The notes below the pieces were generated by a model, which had not been told where the DNA came from, made no database searches, and saw nothing but the letters and a program-made list of their open reading frames with translations. From NCBI RefSeq assembly GCF_001194135.2, contig NC_068982.1:8145346-8183407 (forward strand): a DNA stretch of 38,062 nucleotides. Direction: 5' to 3'. The DNA comes from Octopus bimaculoides (Eukaryota). Below, piece by piece: positions 1 to 10,717 of the stretch (positions are counted from its first letter, which is position 1; every line of letters begins with the position of its first letter). The position numbers and the translations under genes were made by a program.

Positions 1-78
1 AGCTATTTCGGCCCCACGTGTAGAAATTCGCCAAAATAGCTTGTGGTGTATGCGTGCGAGTAGATGTAATCGCCTCAC

Positions 79-322
79 CTCGGTTTTCCTTTCGTCGACT
101 GCGAGTCTGTCTTGCGGTATCCGATCCTTGAAGCTTGCCCCGACCCAAAGAACACCAGGAATAGCAGCTGCTTCTCCCAAACCTAGACCGTCGCTTAACA
201 CGTCTTGTCCTGACCACAACCCCGTTCGAAAAGGGCACGAATCCCGATCGAGGCTTCCTCTGCCCTTTTCCCTCTTCCGGTCAACTCGCCCTTCCGGTCA
301 GCCTCCTCAGACACTGACGTCA
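79..322 (-). promoter_or_regulatory. Putative housekeeping-type promoter and first exon of a minus-strand gene running off the left end
   Basis: CpG/GC-rich island in an AT-rich window. Two identical CTTCCGGTCA (ETS-type CCGGAAG) at 274-283 and 291-300, a perfect CRE palindrome TGACGTCA at 315-322, and a minus-strand donor CCGAG|GTGAGG with GT at 78-77. Confidence 0.55.
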
Positions 323-710
323 TACCACACCATTGTAATTAGCTGCGATTCATCACAGCAGCAGCAACATATTTAAAAAGCGTAAAAGTAAAACGCAAAG
401 GCATAAACCAGCGAAGGACACATCTACGTGGTTCGGGAATGTGCGAACGTTGCTTTTTGATGATAAATCCAGCAAGCTTGAGCGCTCTAGTGCTCTTGTT
501 CAAGTTGAGTATGAGTGATAGAAGATAGTCATTGCTGCTCTTTTGGAGACAGAGCCGTCAGAGAAGGGTCAACGAATCGAAATGGATCTCGGCTACGAAT
601 ACTTTTGTGTTTACAAAACGACAGATGGAAAACGAAGGAATGGAAAACGAAGGAATGGCGTTGACTTTGCTGGCGATTCGATTCCTGTGGTTCATTCGGA
701 ACAAGATATT

Positions 711-919
711 GATTTCATATTTTGGCACAAGGCCAGTAGTTTTGTAAAAGGGATTTAGTCGATTTCATCGAACACAATGCTCAACTTGTACTTATTTTAT
801 CGACCCCGAAAGAATGAAAAGCAAAGTCGATCCCGACAGTATTTGAATTTAGAATGTAAAGTCGGACAAAATGCTGCTGAGCATTTTTTGCTAACGATTC
901 TGCCAGCTTACCGCATTGC
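711..919 (-). mobile_element. tRNA-derived SINE, family B, with 15-bp TSD
   Basis: Family-B head and core (reverse of GCTTTTCATTCTTTCGGGGTCGATAAAATAAGTAC), flanked by the direct repeat TCGGAACAAGATATT at 696-710 and 920-934. Confidence 0.85.
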
Positions 920-1099
920 TCGGAACAAGATATTAAAAAAAAAAAACGAACCTCTTTTCTACTTCTTGTACTCCTTTTGGATTTGCAATAAGGAGACTTA
1001 GCTGACGTTTATGCCTGCTCCATGAAAGACATATGTGAGACTAGATATGTTCAAGTTAACACACTTGATGTGGTGGATTGTTTTGTTTATATATAATAT

Positions 1100-1218
1100 A
1101 GATGCAGGCGTGGATGTGTGGTGAGAAACTTGCTTCCTGGTTCCAGTTTCAGCCCACCTTGGGCAAGTGTCTTCTACTATAGCCTCGGATTTGGTAGGTG
1201 GAATCTGAAAGAATTCCG

Positions 1219-1256
<38 letters not shown>

Positions 1257-1440
1257 CCACCGCTTGGCAACAGGTGTTGGTGCGTTTACGTCCCTGTACC
1301 CTTGCGGTTCGGCAAATAAGAACAATTGAATAGGTACTAGGTTTTTAAAAAAAATTAGGGTTGGTTGTCGATTTATTCGACGAAAAATTCAAGGTGGTGT
1401 CCTAGCATGGCCGTGGTCTAATGAATGAAACAAGTGCAAG
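1100..1440 (+). mobile_element. tRNA-derived SINE, family A (internal (TG)n)
   Basis: tRNA-like head with B box GGTTCCAGTTTC, then CCTTGGGCAAGTGTCTTCTACTATAGCCTCGG, (TG)n, and 3' GCATGGCCG...TGAAACAAGT. Homologous to copies at 13410, 24147, 29717 and 30342. Confidence 0.85.
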
Positions 1441-1734
1441 ATATATCCCTACATTTAGAAATCAACTCGAGATTTGGAACACTGGAGAAACGAGTCTGGT
1501 CAGGCAAAGATTTGAAATTGTTCGCCAAGTTTCGCATCTATGATTCTTGTAACATCATAACCATGTTATACTAATCCGAGTCATGGGCCCCGTATCAAAG
1601 AAACATCAAAATACTCGAGCTATCTCATTACGAGTATCTAAGGCTTATATAAAACATCAGTTGGAAATCGTTTAGAGCTGACGCAATAATACTAGATAAG
1701 GTGAATTGTCTCAGTATGGAATCACCTCATCAAA

Positions 1735-2260
1735 TATCGTATGCGATGAGTAATTCGTTTCATCCGTCTTGATGGCGTCAGGCTTCCAAATCGATTACAT
1801 TGTAGTTTGATGCTGCTGCCTTCATCCGCATTTCACGCCACAAACTCTTGACAGAGTATTTTACTATTGATGCTAAATGGTGTCCGTATAAGTTTGTATA
1901 GTAAGATACCATTTTTCCTTTTTGAGTTATGAAAAGTGCACGTGTGGTGGTTGCATCATATCTTGAACTGGTTTGCTGTAGATCCTCTATGTATATATAG
2001 TAACTGGTGTCGTGTTCATGGTTATTGTTGCGTTATAGACACTATTGCTTGAGAGGCAATTTTCTTAAAGAGGTCGTTCTACAATTGCAATTTATTCAGT
2101 GTATGGTTTAGGTTTTCACTTTCAAACAATTTTAAATGGTTGCAACTGGTTACAGTTTTTCCAAAGTTGTTGGTTGTGGAATATAACAATTTTACGCTGT
2201 GTTTGATTATCAATTTGTAATACTGTTGATCGGGGCGTAAGTGTTTTTGCAGTATTTTGA
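1735..2260 (-). pseudogene. Penelope-like element, degenerate C-terminal GIY-YIG endonuclease region
   Basis: Frameshifted minus-strand translation gives KILQKHL..YYKLI..VKLLYSTTNN, NCNCR, NCLSSNSVYNATIT and YIHRGSTANQFKI*CNHH..TF. These match the order of PLE linker Zn-knuckle and GIY-YIG motifs. Confidence 0.65.
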
Positions 2261-2320
2261 AAACTAACTTAGCTATTAAGTTGGAAACTTATATATTGAA
2301 AGGAAACTAATTTTTACAAT

Positions 2321-2358
<38 letters not shown>

Positions 2359-3160
2359 TTGATAGGTTATCAGCAAAATTTTTTCATGTGACGTTTGTCT
2401 CTGTATTCGATCCAACTTATATGCAGAAACTTCCAGAATACAGTTCGAAGTGTGTTGGTGTGAATTCAAATTCTATCGATTTGACGTCATCTTTCTGCTT
2501 GTCAGGGTCGATAAAATATGTCGAAGTAGAGAATTTCAGTCGATTAAATCGACTGTAAAACATATGACCTTGTGCAAGTATTAGAAATTAATATTAAAAC
2601 AGATGTATTTGAATTACAGTTAGATCATTGGAATTTAGCTATATACCTTTACATTCTAAGTTAGTTTCCTACTGAGGTAAACTTTGTCCCTCAGCCTTCG
2701 AGAGTTAATTTATATATCTCTTTTCTCAATATGTGTAATCTGCCTCAATATTATAAACCATTGCTAATGGAAGTGTTATTGGCGGAATGTGGTCGATAAA
2801 ATGCCTGATATTTGTCATTTTACGTTCCGAGTTCTAATTCCGCCATGATAAACTTTTCATTTTAGCGATAACAAAAGGCTCAGTAATGTACTAGTGCGCT
2901 ATAATCAACTATTTACACTCCAGAAATGTTTGTTCTTGCCAGTAAAAGAAAAATCAATATTAACAAGCGTTTAAATTCTAAGTGTTCAGTGATTTCTATA
3001 GCTAGAGCGATTTTATGGCTTGAGACAGCTGGTTTTGTTGTTGAAAACAACGTTACCGACAGAAGTGAAGGAGATTAACTGAATACCAGTAATTATCTAC
3101 CCCCCCCCCCCCAAAAAAAAATAGAAAGCAAATTCAAGTAGGGCAGTATCTGAGTAAATA

Positions 3161-4192
3161 TATCCTTTTCTACTCTAGGCACAAGGCCCGAAATTTTGGC
3201 GGGGAAGGGGCCAGTCGATTAGATCGACCCAGTACGCAACTGGTACTTAATTTATCGACTCCGAAAGGATGAAAGGCAAAGTCGACCTCGGCGGAATTTG
3301 AACTCAGAACGTAAAGACAGACGAAATACCACTAAGCATTTCGCCCAGCGTGCTAACGTGTCTGCCATCTCGCCGCCTCATTATGAATAAATATATCATC
3401 GCCCTGGGATTTGAATTAATTATGTAACGAGTCAAAAGAAATAAGGCAAAGCATTTTGTCCGGCGCTCTAACGATTTTGCCTGCTCGTCGCTTCTTAATG
3501 GTTTCAAATTTTGGCACAATACCAGTAATTTAGTGTGAGTGTGGGGAAATAGTCGATTACAGTACTTGATTTCAGTACTTGACTGGTACTTTATTTTTGT
3601 CGACCGCAAAAAATATGAAGTGCAATGTTGACCACGGTGAGATTTGAACTCAGAGCTTTAAGTGTCGGAAGAAATGCAGCTAAGTAATTTGTCGGACAAT
3701 CTAACGATTCTGCTAGCTCGCCACTTTAATAATAATAATAATAACAATCCTTTCTACTAGAGGCACAAGACCAGAGTATTGTGGGTGTAGGTGGGGTGGA
3801 GTGGGGGCTAGTCGAGTTCATCTGTCCAAATGCATGACTGGTACTTATTTCATAGGCCTCGAAAGGATAAAAGGCAAAGTCGACCTTAGCACAATTTGAA
3901 CTCAAATGTAAAAACAAATGAAATGCCGTTAAGAATCGTGTCCGGCGTGTTAACGATTCTTCCTACTCGCAATAATAATCCTTTCTACTAAAGACACAAG
4001 GCTTAGAATTTGGGTGAAGGCTTTGAGTCGATTACATCGACCCCAGTATACAACTGGTACTTATTTTATCGACCACGAAAGGATGAAAGGCAAAGCCGAC
4101 TCGGCAGAATTTGAACTCAGAACGTAAAGACAGACGAAATACCGCTAAGCATTTCGTCCGGCGTGCTAACGTTTCTGCCTGCTCGCTGCCTT
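3161..4192 (-). mobile_element. Head-to-tail cluster of five family-B SINE copies
   Basis: Copies at about 3161-3377, 3404-3492 (head only), 3497-3725, 3727-3970 and 3971-4192, all minus strand. Adjacent copies at 3497-4192 are joined by ATT-rich tails. Confidence 0.85.
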
Positions 4193-4237
4193 AATAATAA
4201 TAATAATAATGATAATAATAATAATAATAATAATAAT
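4193..4237. repeat. (AAT)n microsatellite
   Basis: About 15 AAT units with one GAT interruption. Confidence 0.95.
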
Positions 4238-4399
4238 GGTTTCTTTATTAACCGCTAAGAGTTTACAAACAAAGGATACAGTGCTGTAAACGATACAGTG
4301 CTGTAAACCCAAGGATTATATGGAGGCTTGTAAACAGGAAAAAATAACGAAAGCTAAGGAAATGCTGGCGATGTATCAGCTTCGCTTCATGTGTCAGCA

Positions 4400-5900
4400 T
4401 AATCAGCCGCTTAACGTTGTTCACGACAAATGGAGTGTCTGATCAGTAGATTAAATCCCTTCCACAAAAAGTGGAAGAGCAGGCGTTCCATCCAGTGAGA
4501 CATGAACTGGTGCAAAGCACGAAAAATCAAGCAGTAATATGTAAAGGTGGCGAGGAATGCGTTTGTCACCTCATCCCGACCTTTCAGAAATAGCATCGTT
4601 GCGGCCCATTTCTGGGTGAGCTGTCCCAGTTCTTCCCCACTTGAAAATCTGGACCAAACTAGACACGTGTAATTTAATAGTCCGGCGTTCCACGTCATTC
4701 TTGGATGGCATGGGCCTGCTTCTCTAGGTATCGAGCTGTAGGCCCTCTGAATTGTCACCGCTTCGTAGTCCCTTAAATCGGAACCAATCACCTCAATGTG
4801 TCTGATGTCCGACACCAAAGCGGTGATGTTCGCAGATGCTGACACGATTCGGCGTCCTACTTCGCACGGGATGCCCCTCAACGTCTCTAGTTTCCGCAGC
4901 AAAGACTCAAGAGTCAGTACCTAAAATAGAGATAAGAGGGGACGACCTAGACGGGCCGAGTGTATGATACTGAATGCTTTCGACAGGTGACCATTCGGCC
5001 GAATCACCAAGTAGATGTCGCTGTAAATTGCGGCAGTACATCGATGGAAGACAGGACTGAAATCGGCCGCCATGAGAACAGCCACCAGATAATGGTGGTC
5101 GACCCTACCAAAATCTTTGGATTAATTTAAGATGATCAGGTTCCTATCCATGCCAAGTTGTTTACCCATTTTTTTTTATGATGTACTAGATGAGGTGGAG
5201 TTAGTTGTGGAGAAATGTGCTTGGGATGATGCATGTTTGCCAACCTCCTTACAAAGATCCTGGCCAAAATTTTGAAGTTTGTGTTCTGCAAATAATGGGT
5301 CGAAAGTTATTAATGTGATCTTTCTTGTTTGGGTCCTTTCTTCGGAAAGCTACTGTTCACCGATTTACAGAACTGGCAACTCTCCCATTCTGCTGTCAGT
5401 TGCAGTAGATATCTGCTAGAAATTTCCAAACTAGTCTGGTATATACGAGTAAATTTCGAAAGGCAGACCTTTCAAACCAGGAGATTTGCTACCCTCCTCC
5501 CATGCAGTCAACCATCGGCTTTACGCAACACTCCACTTCTCGTACTGATGGTCGCAGTAGACCGTCGGGCAGGCATTGAAATCCATTCTGCTTTTCAGTC
5601 TGCCATTCGTGTCCCAGCTGTCGAGTGAAGTGCTGCTGAAAAGCTGCACACGTCTCCTTTGGGTCTAGGAACACGTGTTCATTACGGTCCACTAAAGACT
5701 GAATTATTTTATTTTCCACGTTGCCCCACCGCTACTTGGGTCCATCGGACAGCTTTTATACCCTCCTGTTTTAGAGCACCTGCCTTAACTCGGGCTTCAT
5801 ATTAAAGAATTAGTCGAAAGCATTCTCGTTGCGAGCACGTCGGCTGCGATGTCTTGCCTACGCGTCTCTTCTAGGTTTCTAAGAGACTTTCCCTCTCTTC
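4400..5900 (-). pseudogene. L1/Tx1-clade LINE ORF2 (reverse transcriptase) remnant
   Basis: Minus-strand frames give KSPGLKGLPFEIY, KDPNKKDHINNFRPI, QNTNFKILARIFVRRLA, RVDHHYLVAVL, NGHLSKAF, LRKLETLRGIP and VSASANITALVSD (degenerate YADD). Many stops and frameshifts. Confidence 0.85.
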
Positions 5901-6444
5901 TATTTTTCTCTATCACCATGACCTTACTAAACCTAACTAACTCTACTGAAAAATTGTTTGTTGACGATTGTCCTTGTCAAAGTCCGCTTAATTCGCTAAT
6001 CCTATCTTTGTAAGGTTGGGAACGGCGCGGTTTAGCTTCTAGTAACCGAGTTCTTGTTCACGAAGCCTGTCTAACACAATTGACTGTGTAGCCGACGATT
6101 TTAAAATGAGGACAATTTATGCTCTTCTTATCTACTAATCTACAGAAGACTCTAGATACGACCTGAATGACCTGAGGTGGTTTGTCACATTCGAGAAATC
6201 CACTTGTTACTAGCACGTTTCCCCCACCCCCACTTTTTCGGATTATCGAAAATTTTGTAGCAGTTTTAAAACAAAATATGGTCAAATGACTGAAACAAGT
6301 AAAAGAGTAATTGTTTGTCAACTAACAAGTCAACAGATATCATTCAGGGTCGAAATGCTAAACAGTTGTGAGGGGAAAATAAGAAATTACAGAAATTGTA
6401 CAAGAGATAAAAAAAACATCATCTAAAGTGTTATATGAAAACGA

Positions 6445-6675
6445 TGGCAAGAAAAGCTCCGATATGGCCAACACGTGCAGAAGAAAGCAAGAAACTGAAC
6501 CGTATGGAAATGGATAGAGAAGAATCGTAGAACTGGCTGTAAAGCGCATTAGTCAAAGCTGAGGCTGAGGGATGTTTGATTATGATAGATTTATGGAAGC
6601 AGACTATCTTAAGTGACTACAGAATATGTGGAGATGGAGATGAGACAATTAACCTTCTTATCAATGACTGCCCAA
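6445..6675 (+). pseudogene. Remnant of a restriction-like-endonuclease LINE (R4/Dong-like) C-terminal region
   Basis: Translates as WQEKLRYGQH, DREES*NWL*SALVKAEAEG and SDYRICGDGDETINLLINDCP. This resembles LHGQ / LKxETEG / CRxC..ETIxHxxSGC Zn-knuckle motifs. Confidence 0.5.
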
Positions 6676-6691
6676 GGGGGAAATCCTCTAC

Positions 6692-6907
6692 GAAGGGGTG
6701 CTGAAAGGTTCCTGGTTTTGGTTAAAAGAAAATACGGGAAGACCAGTTAATTATGATTTTATACAACATATTCCTCTCTCGGATTCACACACATATTGCA
6801 ATGGTCCTTCGGTTTTTCTAAGTCCAGTAAAAGAACTAGGAAGTTTGAGCCTTCAACCAGGCCTTTCATGATACCCTTAAAGACAGGAACTTCACAGTAC
6901 CCCTTCA
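6692..6907. mobile_element. Tc1/mariner-type MITE
   Basis: 24-bp imperfect TIRs (19/24; 6692-6715 versus 6884-6907), flanked by TA at 6690-91 and 6908-09. No coding capacity. Confidence 0.8.
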
Positions 6908-7768
6908 TATAGGCAGAACAGATCTGGGGATCTGTAAGGTGTTAAAAAATGTCCCAGGGAATGGCAAAGGGGGCACATTTTTAGTTTATCAATCCATAGA
7001 AAAGGAGAGATCAAGAATATTAGGCTGGCTATTGTTCAGGACTGCAAAGAAATGCAGTAATTCCCAATCGAAGAATCAGTCCAGACAGAATGTAATGTAT
7101 CTCGGATATAAATATATAAGTTTTCTAGTTATAAAGATCTGGAAAGAGAGATAACCAAATCTTAATGACTAAAAACCCACGGAATTCTTATAATAATTGG
7201 TGCTTTAGGTATAATTAAAAAATGTCCAGCTGCATCACCATGTAGCAAGGCTTACAAATATGCAAGTTATATCTCTCCAGTTTATTGTCGCATATTGAAT
7301 TTAGGTTAATTCACCTTTGTGATTCTCTCACATCTACCTTTCAGGAAATTCACTGGATAGCTGCTCCTCGATCTCCCCTCAAACATTCCTCTCCAAGTGC
7401 TTGATGCATGCATGCCTAAGTGGTTTAGAAGTTTGGTTCGCAGTCATGAGGTATCAGTTTCGATTTCACTGCTTGACATTTTTGGCAAGTGTCTTTTTCA
7501 TAGCCACGTGTCAAGCCTTATAAGTAAAATTAAACTGACGGGAACTGTCGAAGTCCGTCCGACGAACTGTATCTATAATTGAAAAACCCAGCTTTGGGTT
7601 CTGTTAGCCTAAACTGTAAGTCATCTGATAAAAACCATCATTTCTGGACAACTATGGTCATAAGAAATCAAATGCTTAATTCTACCACCATACACTCAGT
7701 GTATGCTGGTAGAGTCGGTTGAGAAGACGGTGGAATAACAAACTAAAGTATCAAATGTCTATTTTATT

Positions 7769-7985
7769 CATTTCTATATTTCTGAAATGAGGAATTTTTA
7801 TATTATGCATTAGTCGGAGTGGTCCCTCAACTTAATTGCTGCTTTCACTGCATTTCGGCTGTTATATACTTCACCCTTCATTCGGGTGTCTTGTGGTTCA
7901 TCTTAGTGCCGAGTACTGGAATTGACCTCAGAACCTCTAGGTGACTGCACCGCATTTCAGCATCTTTATCTACTATACTATGCTC
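7769..7985 (-). mobile_element. Diverged family-C-like SINE (tRNA head plus PLE-like tail)
   Basis: Minus strand reads GAGCATAGTATAGTAGATAAAG...GGTTCTGAGGTCAATTCC (head), then GACACCCGAATGAAGGGTG..CAGCCGAAA, and ends AATTCCTCATTTCAGAAATATAGAAATG. Homologous to 10718-10988. Confidence 0.65.
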
Positions 7986-9727
7986 TTAGGCAGTGTCAGA
8001 ATGAATTTTTAAGTCTTATAAACCTTCATTGATGTCATATTCCGGCTCTGTACCGATTGGGTTATACAATTCTATATTTCTGAGACGAGCAAGTTATATA
8101 ACGTCTGTTTCTTTATCGATTATTTCTAATTATCCAATAATTGATGGTTATTCCTACAATACTTAGTGAATGCAGAAATTAGGTCATAACTTTATGACTT
8201 TCCAAGGTGTTACCAATCAAAGAGAAGATAAATCGCTACAATAGAAAAATCACGACAGAGTATTACCCTGGCTTATTCTACTTCACTTCTTGTTCACTTA
8301 TTTACTTTACTGCATTAACACCTACCAGTCGGGTGATTAAATAACTAAGACTTGAATCTATTATTTCTGGTATGTGCAACACAAAAATGTACATGGGAAG
8401 AAAAGTATTGCAAGAAATATATGTACAAAATGTATAAAAGATCTTTGCTTTAAACAATAACATATACAACATAACTTATATTGATTTGTAGGATGGTATA
8501 CTCACTTTAGAATGGAATTTGCAGTTGTATCGATTAACCTATCCAAACAAAGCAGTCGTACTTAAAACCCATCCCCACAAAAAACCAAACCTTCTCTCAT
8601 TCAATTATTCTTAAAAAATACATTTAAAAATTTATTGAATGAATTCAATAAATTTGACAAAATCTTTTTATGAGATCTCCCAAAATAAGTTTTATAGTAG
8701 AAGAAAAAATTTCATCCGAAGACTAATTTTATTTCAGGACCTGAAATGATTCAATAGATCGTTGATACTATTAAGAAAAATAACTTGAACCTGAGAAAGG
8801 AATGTAGGTGACAGCCCATTATACACACATGTTTATACTGCAAAGGAAAACGGGTACATAAATTGACAATTCGAAGGTCATGAAATTTCAAACCACTGTA
8901 GTGGTCCTTTACGTTAGAACATCTTGATTCCTCCATTCTGTATTGATCTATAGAGCTGTCATTCAATGCCGACATTGACTGAAAAATAAATTTCCATCAG
9001 AGTCGATCACTGGGCTATCAGAAATAGCTGTATTTTAGACGCAGGGACTCAGCATTGAAAACCAATAAACTGCGATGTTACCAGTCCACATGATGGTAAG
9101 CTCTAGAACACGATCGATTAAATGAGAGCAATGGAGCGCTTTGTAAACTACCGACTATGTCACACTTTCTCCCATTATAGCTTTCATTTATCCGGGTTCA
9201 TTTGTTATAAAGCTGTTTCCTTTCTTTCTTTTTTTATATCGGATGATATTACATACAAGAACTGAACTGAAACGCACGAATTATCAATTCCATGATTCCA
9301 TCTTCAGTCTGTTACATAAGAACGAAACTTAAAATAAAACCGTTGCAATGGCGACGCTAAAGAGAGAAGGTTAAACCGATTTTACGGAAGGAGAAGAGAA
9401 ATTTTTAAGCACGAAGTGCCTTTAGTGATCGACCGACTTTTCAGAAATAACAGTCACATCCACTTTAATTTTGTGTTGTAAAAGGAAGCAGAAACTGGAT
9501 TATATCATGTTAAACTCTTTTAAACTGATCAGAAGATTAAATGGATTTGATAATAGGTCTACTCGATCAGGGCTGACCTGGAGTTAAACAACCGATAAAT
9601 ATTATATACCTGCATAGATATACACACGTACACACACACTTACGCACAATCAGTGGAAATCACTTTTTATGATCACTTTGGAACTGATAACATTAAGCAG
9701 GGGGAATAGCAATATTCTGGGCAATTT

Positions 9728-9950
9728 CTAAGGCAGCGAGCTGGCAGAAGCGTTAGCACACCGGGCGAAATGCTTAGCGGTATTTCGCCTATTTTTACGT
9801 TCTGAGTTCAAATTCCACCGAGGTCGACTTTGCCTTTCATCCTGTCGGAGTCGATAAATAAAGTACCACTAGCGTCCTGGGGTCGCTCTAATCGACTGGC
9901 CCCCTCCCCTCAAATTTCGGGCCTTGCGCCTAGAGTAGAAAAGAATATTC
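9728..9950 (+). mobile_element. SINE family B, full length
   Basis: AAGGCAGCGAGCTGGCAGAA head, B box GAGTTCAAATTCC, core GCCTTTCATCC..GTCGATAAATAAAGTACC, tail GGGCCTTGCGCCTAGAGTAGAAAAG. Confidence 0.9.
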
Positions 9951-10047
9951 TGAGCGATTTTTGGGACCTGCTAATTGTGATAACAATAACCGTTTGATAA
10001 CAATTTCCGTGATTATAACAAGCATTTTCCGTTGCGTCTTGTGTGCT

Positions 10048-10090
<43 letters not shown>

Positions 10091-10208
10091 GTCTTTCTCT
10101 CTCTTTCATTCTGTATGTACATTACACACATAGAGGGTGAGGAATAGAGATAAATAATAAGGTTTTGCGTGTCACACTTACTTTGTCATACATGCATAAG
10201 CTTGCAGG

Positions 10209-10353
10209 CACTCGCGTAGCTAGACAGTGTGCCCCTCGGAGTGGCTCTTCCGTTTGCCGCCCCCGGACCCTACAAAAAACATTGCCCATAGTAGACCCAA
10301 AAGTTCCGCCCCCTTGAAAATGTTGCCCGGGGCGGACCTCCCCTACGCTAGTG
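10209..10353. mobile_element. Short non-autonomous DNA element (MITE-like)
   Basis: 11-bp TIR with one mismatch (CACTCGCGTAG versus CTACGCTAGTG) around a GC-rich interior. No TSD found. Confidence 0.4.
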
Positions 10354-10404
10354 ATCAGAAAATATCACACCCCATACAAATAACCTATCGAAAACAGATG
10401 TAGA

Positions 10405-10590
10405 TCGTTGGCGCATCGGCCGAAATGTTTAGTGGTATTTCGTCCGGCTCTTTACGTTTTGAATTCAAATTCTGCCGAAGCCGACTTTACCTTTGATCCA
10501 TTCAGGGTCGATAAAATAAGTATTAGTAAAGTATTGGGGTCAATGTAATCGACCAGTCCTTTTCCCAAAGTTTGCGCCTATAACAAAAAC
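10405..10590 (+). mobile_element. SINE family B, degenerate
   Basis: GAATTCAAATTC B box, CCTTTGATCCATTCAGGGTCGATAAAATAAG core. Confidence 0.75.
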
Positions 10591-10596
10591 TGATCT

Positions 10597-10713
10597 TACA
10601 TTATTTACATTTGACGGATATTTGTCCTCAACTTGTTTGTTGTTAACACAACGTTTCGGCTGATATACCGTCCAGCCTTCATTGGGGAAATTTTGAACCT
10701 GGGTTCCCATTCC
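10597..10713 (-). repeat. Inverted partial copy of the SINE-C 3' tail
   Basis: Reverse complement matches 10823-10948, with a 9-nt deletion (GGACACCTG) that removes the start of the hammerhead core. Confidence 0.9.
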
Positions 10714-10717
10714 CACG

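Noticed and set aside
41-376. 111-aa plus-strand ORF
   Set aside because: Non-ATG start, no homology cue, and explained by the GC-rich promoter composition.
625-658. 15-bp tandem duplication ATGGAAAACGAAGGA x2
   Set aside because: Only two units; ordinary slippage.
998-1333. Short ORFs with HTHT/YIYI/CVCV runs and recurring peptides such as RRHLPKVPRSG or GRLCLSSF
   Set aside because: Chance translations of SINE bodies and microsatellites, recurring at every SINE copy.
1455-1504. Possible hammerhead downstream of the PLE remnant (minus strand CTGACCA-GACTCG..CGAGTT)
   Set aside because: Lacks G8 and GAAA; too degenerate to support.
3161-4192. CRISPR-like array interpretation of the repeated units
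   Set aside because: Eukaryotic DNA; the units are about 220-bp SINEs with no unique spacers and no cas genes.
8722-8815. Possible exon after TTTTATTTCAG
   Set aside because: All three frames hit stops within a few codons, and there is no supporting context.
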